The translations under genes and the position numbers were made by a program. Shown here piece by piece: positions 10,519-20,133 of a stretch of DNA of 64,000 bases. The stretch spans positions 764,896 through 828,895 of the forward strand of contig NZ_LPUF01000001.1 in the NCBI RefSeq assembly GCF_002072955.1. The letters are read 5' to 3'. Source of the DNA: Methyloprofundus sedimenti (GTDB lineage Bacteria; Pseudomonadota; Gammaproteobacteria; Methylococcales; Methylomonadaceae). Under the pieces are notes generated by a model. That model ran no database searches. It worked only from the letters and a program-made list of their open reading frames with translations, and was not told the origin of the DNA. Numbering within the stretch: position 1 is the stretch's first letter; each line of letters begins with the position of its first letter.

Positions 10519-13275
10519 ATGTTAATGATTGGATTTGTAGTCGGGCAACGATGGATAAGTGCTTCAGAACCAGAGCTAGGACTGGGCATAGTGACAGCAG
10601 TGGCAGCTAATCGAGTGACTATTTCATATTTAGCCAGTGATGAACGCAGAGTTTATGCGCAAGATAACGCGCCTTTAACCCGAGTGCGGTTCTCGATAGA
10701 TGACAACATTGAAACTAATAACGGGCAGCAGGGGCGTGTAACAGCCATTAATGAATATGAGGGCGTTATTCATTACCAAGTGTTGAGTGAGCAAGGAAAA
10801 ACCATTTCTGTTGATGAAACGGCTTTGAGCCATCATATTCAGTTTAACAAGCCACAAGATAAGTTATTTATTGGTCAGGCAGAAGAAGGGCGTTGGTTTA
10901 CATTACGTTATCAAACCTGGCAGCATTTGCACCGCCTGCATAAGAGTCAGGTGAAGGGGTTGCTCGGTGCGCGCACATCTTTAATCGCTCATCAATTGTA
11001 CATAGCTCATGAAGTTGCGCAGCGAGATAAAGTACGGGTTATGCTGGCCGACGAAGTAGGGTTGGGTAAAACCATTGAAGCGGGCTTAATTTTGCATCAT
11101 AGATTACACATGGGCTTGTCAGAGCGCATTTTGGTCATTGTTCCTGAAAGCTTGTTACATCAGTGGTTGGTTGAAATGTTTCGGCGTTTTAATTTAAAAT
11201 TCAGTCTTTTTGATGAGTCCCGTTGCGAGGCATACGAGGATGATAACCCTTTTCTGAGTGAACAATTAGTTTTATGTAGTCTGGACTTTTTTACACAAAA
11301 TCCACATAGAAGAGAGCAGGCTGTTCAGTCCGGCTGGGATATTGTTGTAGTGGATGAGGCACATCATCTGCAATGGACTGAGCACGCCCCAGGAAATTCC
11401 TATTTGTTTATTGAGCAATTAGCCGAGCATACATCAGGCTTGATTTTGTTAACGGCAACGCCTGAGCAGTTGGGTAAAGAAACGCATTTTGCTCAGTTAA
11501 GATTGCTCGATGCAGATCGGTTTTATAGTTTTGAGCAGTTTCTTGTGGAGCAGAAGGAATTTGAGCCTATTGCTCGTTTAGCAGAAAAGATAGTACATCA
11601 GATTCTGCTAAATGATGTAGATAAAAAATTATTAGCTAGCTTAGTCGATCAAAAATTAACAACAGATTTTTTACATAATATAGAGGACATAACGTTAAGG
11701 CAGGATGTGATTGATCAGTTAATTGATCGACATGGAACGGGGCGTATTTTATTTAGAAATTCGCGTCATGTGGTACAAGGCTTTCCTCAGCGAGAAGTCT
11801 ATACTTATCCTTTGCAACAGCAGACAGGAGAAAGTGAGAATATTTATCTGCAATGGCTCGTGACACAGTTAAATGCGCTGGATAAGTTTCAAGTTTTATT
11901 GATTTGTAAAAATACCGAAACAGTCATCAGTTTGCATAAACAATTGCGTGATAAATACGCGTTTAATGTCGCTGTGTTTCATGAGGGAATGAGCATTATT
12001 GAGCGTGATAGGGCGGCTGCCTATTTTGCGGATCAAGATGCACGGGTACAAGTATTGCTTTGCTCGGAAATTGGCAGTGAAGGTCGTAATTTTCAATTCG
12101 TACATCATTTGATTTTATTGGAATTACCTGAAAATCCTGATTTATTGCAGCAAAGGATTGGTCGACTTGACCGAATAGGTCAAAAGCATATTATCAAGAT
12201 TCATGTGCCCTATATTATAGGTAGTAAACAACATAGCTTATGCTGTTGGTATGAAGAAGGGTTAAAGCTGTTTCAGGTAAATAGCAATGCGGCAAGTGAG
12301 GTGTATCGGTTACAAAAACAGCCTCTTACAGAGGTTTGTTTGAGTAAGGAGCAACAAGGATTAGACCCGCTTGTTGTTTCGGGAAAAATGCTTCTAGCCG
12401 AAATTGAAGCGCAAATGCACCAGGCTCGAGATGTATTACTAGAGTTGAATTCCTATCGGCAAGAAGTTGCCGAGAATCTTATCACTGCTATTGAAAACAT
12501 TTCACAGCCTCAGGTCTTGTGGCGATATATGGAGGATATATTTGATTGTTTTGGCGTAGACTCTGAGTACCATTCTGAAGACTGTGCTATTTTGCAAGCA
12601 GGTCAGTTGCAGAGAGTTAGTCATTTTCCAGGTCTGCCCGAAGACGGCGTAACAGTAACGGTAAATAGAGAGATTGCTTTAGCGCGAGAAGATATGCAAT
12701 ATTTAACCTGGGAGCACCCTATGCTGGTGTCAGCAATGGACTTGGTGTTATCTGGAAATATAGGTAATGCAGCATTAAGTATTATCAAGCATAAGGAATT
12801 AGTCGCTGGGCAGTATTTGCTGGAATGTCTTTTTTTAGTTGAGTGTAGTGCACCTATGTCATTGCAATTAAGCCGTTTTTTACCTGCAACACCGATACGT
12901 ATTTTAATGGATCAAAAACAGCAGGACTTAACGGCGTATTTTCAACATGATGAATTGTACGAAGTGGAGGATAAAATTGAAACGGAACAAATTGCTGCAT
13001 TTATAAATGGTGAACATAAAAATATTAATGCCATGATTGCCAGTGCTCAACAAAAATCTGAAACAATCATGCAGGCTATTATTAGCCAGACTAATACTGA
13101 GATGCTTAAGGTCCTAGCCAAGGAAATAAAGCGTTTAGATGCGTTGCGCCATGTAAATTCAGGCATAAAACCAGAAGAAATAAGGACATTAAAAAACAGC
13201 GCAATTGCATCTCATGGATATATTAAAGGTGCTAAATTGCGCTTGGATGCAGTTCGATTTATCATAACAAGTTAG
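10519..13275 (+). CDS. rapA: RNA polymerase-associated Swi/Snf helicase RapA (HepA)
   Basis: N-terminus LGQRWISxSEPELGLG, identical to the RapA signature. SNF2 motifs DEVGLGKTIEAG and DEAHHL. 918 aa. Confidence 0.9.
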   Translation: MLMIGFVVGQRWISASEPELGLGIVTAVAANRVTISYLASDERRVYAQDNAPLTRVRFSIDDNIETNNGQQGRVTAINEYEGVIHYQVLSEQGKTISVDETALSHHIQFNKPQDKLFIGQAEEGRWFTLRYQTWQHLHRLHKSQVKGLLGARTSLIAHQLYIAHEVAQRDKVRVMLADEVGLGKTIEAGLILHHRLHMGLSERILVIVPESLLHQWLVEMFRRFNLKFSLFDESRCEAYEDDNPFLSEQLVLCSLDFFTQNPHRREQAVQSGWDIVVVDEAHHLQWTEHAPGNSYLFIEQLAEHTSGLILLTATPEQLGKETHFAQLRLLDADRFYSFEQFLVEQKEFEPIARLAEKIVHQILLNDVDKKLLASLVDQKLTTDFLHNIEDITLRQDVIDQLIDRHGTGRILFRNSRHVVQGFPQREVYTYPLQQQTGESENIYLQWLVTQLNALDKFQVLLICKNTETVISLHKQLRDKYAFNVAVFHEGMSIIERDRAAAYFADQDARVQVLLCSEIGSEGRNFQFVHHLILLELPENPDLLQQRIGRLDRIGQKHIIKIHVPYIIGSKQHSLCCWYEEGLKLFQVNSNAASEVYRLQKQPLTEVCLSKEQQGLDPLVVSGKMLLAEIEAQMHQARDVLLELNSYRQEVAENLITAIENISQPQVLWRYMEDIFDCFGVDSEYHSEDCAILQAGQLQRVSHFPGLPEDGVTVTVNREIALAREDMQYLTWEHPMLVSAMDLVLSGNIGNAALSIIKHKELVAGQYLLECLFLVECSAPMSLQLSRFLPATPIRILMDQKQQDLTAYFQHDELYEVEDKIETEQIAAFINGEHKNINAMIASAQQKSETIMQAIISQTNTEMLKVLAKEIKRLDALRHVNSGIKPEEIRTLKNSAIASHGYIKGAKLRLDAVRFIITS

Positions 13276-13376
13276 GTATGACAATCTGGTTGTTTAGCAG
13301 GTAAAGTTGATTATTGCTTGATATGCTGGGTGTTGGTGGAAGTTATAATAATAAAATTCAAGTATTGAGGAAAAAA

Positions 13377-14108
13377 ATGGGCTTATTTGGTTCGATCGCT
13401 GGTAAATCAAAAGTAAAGGCGGCTAATAAAAAAGTACAGAAAGCGCGAGTAAATGATGATGTTGCACAAGCTGAAAAATTGTTAGCTGAAGCAATGGTTA
13501 TTTATGAAAGTATACCGTCTGGTAATTCTGCTTTTAATGACGCGCTGTATAACTGGGGGATGGCGTTGCTATACTCGGCTCGATTAAAGCAAAATGCTGA
13601 GTCAGTCGCTCTTTACCAGGAAGCGGGAAAAAAGTTTTCATATTGCCTGGTGGCAAAACCTGACTATTTAGGTGCGGCTCTGGACTGGGGTGTTGCTTTA
13701 ATGGAGTTGGCTTCTTTACAAAACGCTACGGATAAAGAAACAAACTATGTTTTGGCAAAAGAAAAATTTACCATTGCAGATAATATACAAGAAGGGGTTG
13801 CCAGTTATAATTTTGCTTGCTTACACGCTGTGCATAATGAGTTTGATGCTTGTAAAAAAGCGTTAGAGCGTGCTCTGGATTACGGTAACCTGCCTGATAA
13901 AGAAGATATTTTAAGCGATGCGGATATGAGTATTGCTAAAACGCAGCCCTGGTTTAATGATTTTATTGTTTCAATTGATGCACCTGAAAGTGAAGAAGAT
14001 TCAGAGCAAGATAAAAAATCTGAAAAAAAATCTAAAAAAATTGTCTATAGTAATACTACGGTGCGTACCGATGGATATAAGGTTGAATATGACAAAAAAG
14101 AAAAATAG
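13377..14108 (+). CDS. hypothetical protein with TPR-like helical repeats and Lys/Glu-rich tail
   Basis: Start at MGLFGSIAGK after a gagga RBS. Repeated ALYNWGMALL / ALDWGVALM / ASYNFACLH helices. No enzymatic motif. Confidence 0.45.
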   Translation: MGLFGSIAGKSKVKAANKKVQKARVNDDVAQAEKLLAEAMVIYESIPSGNSAFNDALYNWGMALLYSARLKQNAESVALYQEAGKKFSYCLVAKPDYLGAALDWGVALMELASLQNATDKETNYVLAKEKFTIADNIQEGVASYNFACLHAVHNEFDACKKALERALDYGNLPDKEDILSDADMSIAKTQPWFNDFIVSIDAPESEEDSEQDKKSEKKSKKIVYSNTTVRTDGYKVEYDKKEK

Positions 14109-14485
14109 GGCGTAGTTTTTTTGTGCCTGCGTGGTGATCCTTGATCTGGTAAATGATTTACGTTGATAATTGTCTGTAATATTGCAAGGCAATAGTTGCT
14201 AATCTGTAAGCATGTTATTTATCTTTGCAGTGCGGGCGACTTGCTTGGACTACACCGTAGATGTAGTATTGCCGCTCTCCCCAAATATGTTAGCCACGTT
14301 AATGGATATGCTTCCTGTAGCATGTTGAATATAATTCTGTACTAAAATACTTGGTATTCATTGGATTAATAACTTATACTCATTGCATACAACAATAATA
14401 TGGATATTTTGCTAAAATATTACCATGATATCCAGTTTAATTGGTGTTGATGAAATTTTAATTATACTATTTAGGAGAATGTTCA

Positions 14486-15067
14486 ATGGTCTATGAATTA
14501 CCTGCTTTACCTTATGCGAAAGATGCATTAGTGCCTCATATTTCTGAAGAAACTTTAGAGTTTCATTATGGTAAGCATCATCAAACCTATGTGACAAATT
14601 TGAATAATTTGGTGCCAGGGACTGAATTTGAAGGTGCTTCATTAGAAAGCCTGGTAATGCGTGCATCTGGCGGTATTTTTAATAATGCTGCACAAGTATG
14701 GAATCATACTTTTTACTGGAATAGTTTGTCACCTAATGGCGGCGGTGAACCAACGGGTGCTTTAGCTGATGCAATTAATGCAACTTTTGGGTCATTTGCT
14801 GAATTTAAAGCAGCATTTACTGCGTGTGCGGTGACAACTTTTGGTTCTGGCTGGGCGTGGTTAGTAAAAAATGCTGATGGTAGTCTGGAGCTGGTTAGTA
14901 CAAGTAATGCGGCTTGTCCTTTAACCGCAGGTCAAACGCCTTTATTAACCTGTGATGTATGGGAGCATGCTTACTATATCGATTACCGTAATGCGCGTCC
15001 AAAATATCTAGAGGCTTATTGGGCGCTGGTTAATTGGGATTTCGCAGCTGAGAATTATGCTGGATAA
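14486..15067 (+). CDS. sodB: superoxide dismutase [Fe/Mn]
   Basis: [33 protein letters not shown] and [11 protein letters not shown], the canonical Fe/Mn-SOD motifs. Confidence 0.9.
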   Translation: MVYELPALPYAKDALVPHISEETLEFHYGKHHQTYVTNLNNLVPGTEFEGASLESLVMRASGGIFNNAAQVWNHTFYWNSLSPNGGGEPTGALADAINATFGSFAEFKAAFTACAVTTFGSGWAWLVKNADGSLELVSTSNAACPLTAGQTPLLTCDVWEHAYYIDYRNARPKYLEAYWALVNWDFAAENYAG

Positions 15068-15114
15068 GCTTAAGGAAAAATAAGGTGTTTTACACGCCTT
15101 TAAGCTAAGAAAAA

Positions 15115-15146
15115 AGCCTGAATTTGTAACGAACTCAGGCTTTTTT
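15115..15146. terminator. bidirectional rho-independent terminator between sodB (+) and sspB (-)
   Basis: Hairpin gcctgaatt...aactcaggc flanked by A-run upstream and T-run downstream (aaaaaagcctg...caggctttttt). Confidence 0.5.
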
Positions 15147-15152
15147 ATAGTT

Positions 15153-15536
15153 TTATTTTACCACTCGAAGATGCGGTCGTGCTGGAGGCGGTGAATTTTC
15201 AGGCGGAGGCGTATCATCCTCTTCTTCATCTTCCAGATCAAAGACCATGCCTTTGCCATTTTCTTTTGCATAGATAGCCATCACGGCGGGGACAGGTGCA
15301 ATAATATGCATGGATTGTCCATTGAAGCGGGCATTGAACTCAATCGCTGTATTGCCCAGCAACAAGTCCTGAATTGCTTCAGGGCGCATATTAAGGACAA
15401 TTTTGCTATTTTCAATATAATCCTTTGGTAATGCCGCATGGGGGTGCGTCGCATCGACCAGTAGATGAGGCGTTAAATTGTTATCAATAATCCATTCATA
15501 AATGGACCGGATAAGATAGGGTTTTAAAGATGTCAT
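15153..15536 (-). CDS. sspB: ClpXP adaptor / stringent starvation protein B
   Basis: N-terminus KPYLIRSIYEWIIDNNLTPHLLVDA and an acidic/Pro-rich tail ending RPHLRVVK (ClpX-binding tail). Confidence 0.85.
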   Translation of the reverse strand: MTSLKPYLIRSIYEWIIDNNLTPHLLVDATHPHAALPKDYIENSKIVLNMRPEAIQDLLLGNTAIEFNARFNGQSMHIIAPVPAVMAIYAKENGKGMVFDLEDEEEDDTPPPENSPPPARPHLRVVK

Positions 15537-16144
15537 TTTTTGACGGGTACTTTAGCCATTTCTTGCTCTTCTTCGCTTAAACTTGCATGGAAGGCATCCC
15601 GCTTAAAGAGTCGTTGAGCATATGCGTCAATGACACTTGCGCTTTCAGGTAAGTCGATACCGATATCAGGTAAGCGCCACAGTAAAGGGGCTAGTGAACA
15701 GTCGATTAAAGAAAAATCTTCGCTCAGAAAAAACTCATTAGCTGCAAACAAAGGGACTGCTGCAATAAGGCTCTCTTTAAGCATTTTTTTCGCACGGGCA
15801 GACTTTTTTTCTCCTGAATTGAGTATTTCATCCAGTAAATGATACCAGTCCTGATCTATACGTTTAATGATCATACGCGCATTAGCTCGAGAAACAGGGT
15901 CCATTTGATGCAGTGGTGGATGAGGAAAGCGTTCATCCAGATATTCCATAATGATGCGTGAATCATATAAGACCAGATCACGCTCAACTAATGTTGGTGA
16001 AGTGCCATTAGGGTTGAGTTCCAATAGACTTTCTGGTGGATCGCTAGGATCAAAATATTCAATTTCTGCAGTGACACCTTTTTCGTGCAGGGCGAGTCTT
16101 GTACAGTGACTTAGCGCGCAAGTAGGCGAAGAAAATAATGTCAT
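15533..16144 (-). CDS. sspA: stringent starvation protein A (GST-like)
   Basis: GST fold. Start at MTLFSSPTC (internal Met of the ORF-track frame). Gene order sspA-sspB conserved, with 4-nt overlap. Confidence 0.85.
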   Translation of the reverse strand: MTLFSSPTCALSHCTRLALHEKGVTAEIEYFDPSDPPESLLELNPNGTSPTLVERDLVLYDSRIIMEYLDERFPHPPLHQMDPVSRANARMIIKRIDQDWYHLLDEILNSGEKKSARAKKMLKESLIAAVPLFAANEFFLSEDFSLIDCSLAPLLWRLPDIGIDLPESASVIDAYAQRLFKRDAFHASLSEEEQEMAKVPVKK

Positions 16145-16606
16145 GACTGAACGACGAGTATTAACAGTTACCACGAATCATAACTCCAAATTAGTTAAAG
16201 ATTTGACAAATTCAATCATTATAGCATACCTCATTGTAACTAGTTTGAGCGTATTTGTTATTTCAGACAAACTCATTATGAAAATAACCTGGCCGGCTTT
16301 AGGTTTAGGTGAGCAAGCAATTCGACTTTCAGGTGTATATGACCGGCTTTGATGCTAAACAAGGCAATTTTTTTATTCGGTTTTTTTATAATGTAAGCGA
16401 TTAAAACACTCTTTCCTCATTTTTACAAACCCATACTCTAGTCTTGCAATCTATAACTCATAGGCTTAACATCGCATTAAAACTACTGTTAAAATGCGCT
16501 CTGCAGAATATATGGCAGTTGGATGAAATGGATAGATATCAAGCTATTTTTTTGTTTTTTTAGCTGAAAAATATTTTACTAGAACATACACAACAAGGAA
16601 TTAATT

Positions 16607-16906
16607 ATGGCTACTGTAACTGACCCCGTAATCGATCAATGGTATAAAGATGTAGAAAACAAGCTATTATTTAAAGTCGTTGCTATTGAAGAGAGTGATG
16701 ACAGCATTGAAGTGCAATATAATAATGGCGATATAGGCGAATTTGATAATGAAAGCTGGTATAACTCAACTTTTGACTTTATAGAAGACCCGGAAGACTG
16801 GAGCGCTCCATATGATGATCTGGAGGCAGATGATTTGGGCTACTCTAACTCAGACACTCGCCGCAGCGACCTGGACGACACGCCACTAAAAGAATTTCTG
16901 GACTAG
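16607..16906 (+). CDS. hypothetical small acidic protein
   Basis: 99-aa ORF rich in Asp/Glu, 12 nt upstream of the next gene. Good spacing. Confidence 0.4.
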   Translation: MATVTDPVIDQWYKDVENKLLFKVVAIEESDDSIEVQYNNGDIGEFDNESWYNSTFDFIEDPEDWSAPYDDLEADDLGYSNSDTRRSDLDDTPLKEFLD

Positions 16907-16918
16907 GAAAAAAGCTGC

Positions 16919-17770
16919 ATGAAAATGAGTTCCGAGGAGTTCCTGCAATGGAACTCCAAAAGCATTACGCTATTAGCTATGTCTGGCGCAGGAAAAACAA
17001 CACTGGCAAACAAATTACCCCGAGAAAAATGGTTTCATTATTCCGGAGATTACCGTATTGGTACCAAATACTTAGGTGAACCCATACTGGACAATATTAA
17101 ACAACAGGCAATGGAAGTGCCATTTTTAAGAGACTTGCTACTCTCTGATTCTATCTATATTTGTAATAACGTTACGGTAGATAATCTTACTCCTGTTTCC
17201 AGCTTTTTAGGCAAAATAGGTGATAAGGACCAGGGTGGTTTGACACTTGACGAATTTAAACGCAGGCAAGCTTTACATCATAAAGCTGAAATAGCAGCCA
17301 TGTTTGATGTCGGTGAATTTATTCATAAGGCGGAGGATATTTACGCGTATAAAAATTTTATTAATGATGCCGGTGGCAGTGTTTGCGAATTAGAGTGTGA
17401 AGAAGTGTTGGAGTACCTGGCGCAACAGACGCTGATTATCTACATCAAAACCTCAGATGCATTGAATGAGACAATTATCAATCGTGCTAAAACTTCGCCA
17501 AAACCGCTTTATTATCGCGAAGCATTTCTGGATGAAAAGCTTGCGCAATTTATGCAGCAACACCACTATACTGATGCCAATACTCTCCCGCCTGATGAAT
17601 TTGTCAGCTGGGTTTTTCCTGAATTATTTAAGTCTCGCTTACCTCGCTATCAGGCGATTGCCGATAAATATGGCTATACATTAGATGCATGCGATGTCGC
17701 CAGGGTAGGCAGCGAAGATGACTTTATTCAGCTTATTGCGGCTGCGATAGCCGAGCAAACACCGAAATAA
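16919..17770 (+). CDS. P-loop NTPase/kinase-like protein of unknown function
   Basis: Walker A motif AMSGAGKTT near the N-terminus (kinase-like AAA_33 architecture). Tightly linked (5-nt gap) to the downstream metA-family gene. Confidence 0.5.
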   Translation: MKMSSEEFLQWNSKSITLLAMSGAGKTTLANKLPREKWFHYSGDYRIGTKYLGEPILDNIKQQAMEVPFLRDLLLSDSIYICNNVTVDNLTPVSSFLGKIGDKDQGGLTLDEFKRRQALHHKAEIAAMFDVGEFIHKAEDIYAYKNFINDAGGSVCELECEEVLEYLAQQTLIIYIKTSDALNETIINRAKTSPKPLYYREAFLDEKLAQFMQQHHYTDANTLPPDEFVSWVFPELFKSRLPRYQAIADKYGYTLDACDVARVGSEDDFIQLIAAAIAEQTPK

Positions 17771-17775
17771 ATGCT

Positions 17776-18840
17776 ATGCCTCTAGTTGCTCACACTCAAT
17801 TACCTACATTCCAGCGCCTAAAAGAGGAAGGTGAGGATATTCTTAATCCTGACCGTGCTACCCATCAACATATCCGCGAATTACATATAGGCTTTCTTAA
17901 TATAATGCCTGACGCAGCATTGGAAGCGACTGAGAGACAGTTTTTTCGACTGGTAGGCGCCTGTAATCAAATCGCCCAGTTTCATGTACACCCTTTTACA
18001 ATTAAAGGTTTGCCCAGAAGTGAAACAGCACAAGCACACATCAGTCAATACTATGAAACCTTTGAACAGCTTAAACAGGATGGCCTGGATGCCTTAATCA
18101 TCAGTGGCGCAAATGTGACGCATGAACATCTGCAGGAAGAAGACTTTTGGCAACCTTTAACGGAAGTGTTTGAGTGGGCCAAGCAAAATGTCACTTCTAT
18201 TCTTTGTTCTTGCCTGGCAACACATGCATTAATTCAATTTTGCTATGGCATAGAAAGAACCCGCTTACCAACCAAACGCTGGGGAGTTTATTCGCATAAA
18301 GTGATAGACAGAAAGCATCCATTAACCGCTGAGATCAATACCCGTTTTGATGTACCGCATTCACGCTTTAATGAAGTCTTTCAAGAAGACCTGCAACAAC
18401 ATAGTGTTAAAGTTCTGGTGACCAGCTCTGAAGCCGGTGTCCACCTGGCGGTAAGCCCGGATGGTTTTCGCATCGTATTTTTTCAAGGTCACCCTGAATA
18501 TGATGATATCAGCTTATTGAAAGAGTATAAACGCGAAGTGATGCGTTTTATTAACCTGGAAATTGATGAATATCCTCCTGTCCCAGTGCATTATTTTAAT
18601 TCTGAAGCACAAGCTATTTTCCATGCGTATGCCAAACAAGTGCAAGCTGCACAAAAAAATCAGCTCCCTATTCCCTCTTTCCCTGATCAGGAAGTTGAAC
18701 CTTTTTTAGACAATACCTGGCGAGATACAGCAAAGGCGGTGTTTAATAATTGGTTAGGAAAAGTATATCAAATAACCAATCAGGACAGGCGCCTGCCCTT
18801 TATGCCGGGGGTAAACCCGGACAACCCTCTTGATTTATAG
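17776..18840 (+). CDS. metA: homoserine O-acyltransferase (MetA family), long form
   Basis: Colinear with E. coli MetA: ILN(I)MP, catalytic Cys region (SILCSCLATHAL), PHSRF, GHPEYD, NWL..VYQIT. About 45 aa longer than E. coli MetA. Confidence 0.75.
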   Translation: MPLVAHTQLPTFQRLKEEGEDILNPDRATHQHIRELHIGFLNIMPDAALEATERQFFRLVGACNQIAQFHVHPFTIKGLPRSETAQAHISQYYETFEQLKQDGLDALIISGANVTHEHLQEEDFWQPLTEVFEWAKQNVTSILCSCLATHALIQFCYGIERTRLPTKRWGVYSHKVIDRKHPLTAEINTRFDVPHSRFNEVFQEDLQQHSVKVLVTSSEAGVHLAVSPDGFRIVFFQGHPEYDDISLLKEYKREVMRFINLEIDEYPPVPVHYFNSEAQAIFHAYAKQVQAAQKNQLPIPSFPDQEVEPFLDNTWRDTAKAVFNNWLGKVYQITNQDRRLPFMPGVNPDNPLDL

Positions 18841-18864
18841 TCATAGCATAACGCTAAGATTTGC

Positions 18865-19332
18865 ATGCATGCAGTTTTTTTACAACAAGCAATAGACCTG
18901 GCCGAAAGAAATGTACATGCCGGTAACGGCGGGCCGTTTGGTGCGCTCGTCTGCCTGGATCAAAAAGTCATTGCCGCCTGTAGTAATAGCGTTAGCTGCA
19001 ACAACGATCCTACCGCCCATGCAGAAATACTGGCAATCCGTAAAGCATGCGCTGAATTAAACACATTTCGATTAACTGATTGTGTGCTTTACAGTAGTTG
19101 CGAGCCCTGTCCCATGTGTCTGGGTGCTATATACTGGGCTCGCCTAAATCAGGTTTACTTTGCCTGTAACCGATATGATGCTGCACTGGCCGGGTTCGAC
19201 GACAGCTTTATTTATAATGAAATTGCCGCTTCAGCGGAAAAAAGAATAATTACTATGCAACATATTGAGCTAAAAGAGTCACTTAGGCCTTTTATTGCAT
19301 GGCAACAACAGGGAAATAAAATTCTCTATTGA
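18865..19332 (+). CDS. nucleoside/nucleotide deaminase (CDA fold; TadA/guanine deaminase-like)
   Basis: HAE (HAEILAIR) and PCPMC zinc-binding motifs. Confidence 0.75.
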   Translation: MHAVFLQQAIDLAERNVHAGNGGPFGALVCLDQKVIAACSNSVSCNNDPTAHAEILAIRKACAELNTFRLTDCVLYSSCEPCPMCLGAIYWARLNQVYFACNRYDAALAGFDDSFIYNEIAASAEKRIITMQHIELKESLRPFIAWQQQGNKILY

Positions 19333-19760
19333 GTTTCCTCTGCATTTTCTGTAGCAACGTCTTCTGAAACTGTCGCTTTATCTCTGATTTTAATTAACCA
19401 GCCATCTTTAGCTTTGCATTCAGAAGTATTATGTGCACTGACATGTATTCGCGCATACTTTCCAGTTAACGATGCTGGTAACTTAGCTGAAACAGCATAA
19501 AAACTATTTTTATCAACTATATTAAGCTCTAAAGGGACATTTTTTGCAGCAGCCTTAATTGTAGACGGGTCTGCATACCCCGAAACTGTAAAAGAAATCT
19601 CGGATTCAGGGTCAACTTCTGCTTTATGCTCAGGTGAAAAGGTTTTAAACTGAGGGTCTTTACAAGTTGTCTCGACATTACCTGCATTATAAGCAAAAGC
19701 AGAACCAGCAAAGCCAATACTAGTTATTAAACTAGCTGAGATTAAAGATTTTTTTATCAT
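19326..19760 (-). CDS. hypothetical secreted protein
   Basis: N-terminal signal peptide (SLISASLITSIGFAGSAFA) and two Cys. Divergent from the adhesin gene. Confidence 0.45.
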   Translation of the reverse strand: MIKKSLISASLITSIGFAGSAFAYNAGNVETTCKDPQFKTFSPEHKAEVDPESEISFTVSGYADPSTIKAAAKNVPLELNIVDKNSFYAVSAKLPASLTGKYARIHVSAHNTSECKAKDGWLIKIRDKATVSEDVATENAEETQ

Positions 19761-20133
19761 TATTTTGTCCTCTTTGTTTTAAGCAATAGGGATGAAGTTT
19801 AATGCGGTTTATAATAGATATCCCAAAGTTCTCCATACCCATGTAAAAAGTGTGACAACTAATTCAGACTCGCGTAGAACGGACTTTAGTCAAGTTTAAG
19901 GGTATTAATACTCACAGAGATCATAACCCGCACACAAATATTTTATCATTAATGATTTAGCTAAAGAACAATAATTACCCATGCGACAGCAAAACATCTA
20001 GATGATTGATTTTAAATTATTTTTTAATTTTAAAAAAAGACTAAGCACAAGCAAAACGCTTGACTATAAACAAAAACAAACTAAACTTCCAGACTACACT
20101 AATTGCCGGCAAGGTTTTAGACAATCTCTCTCT

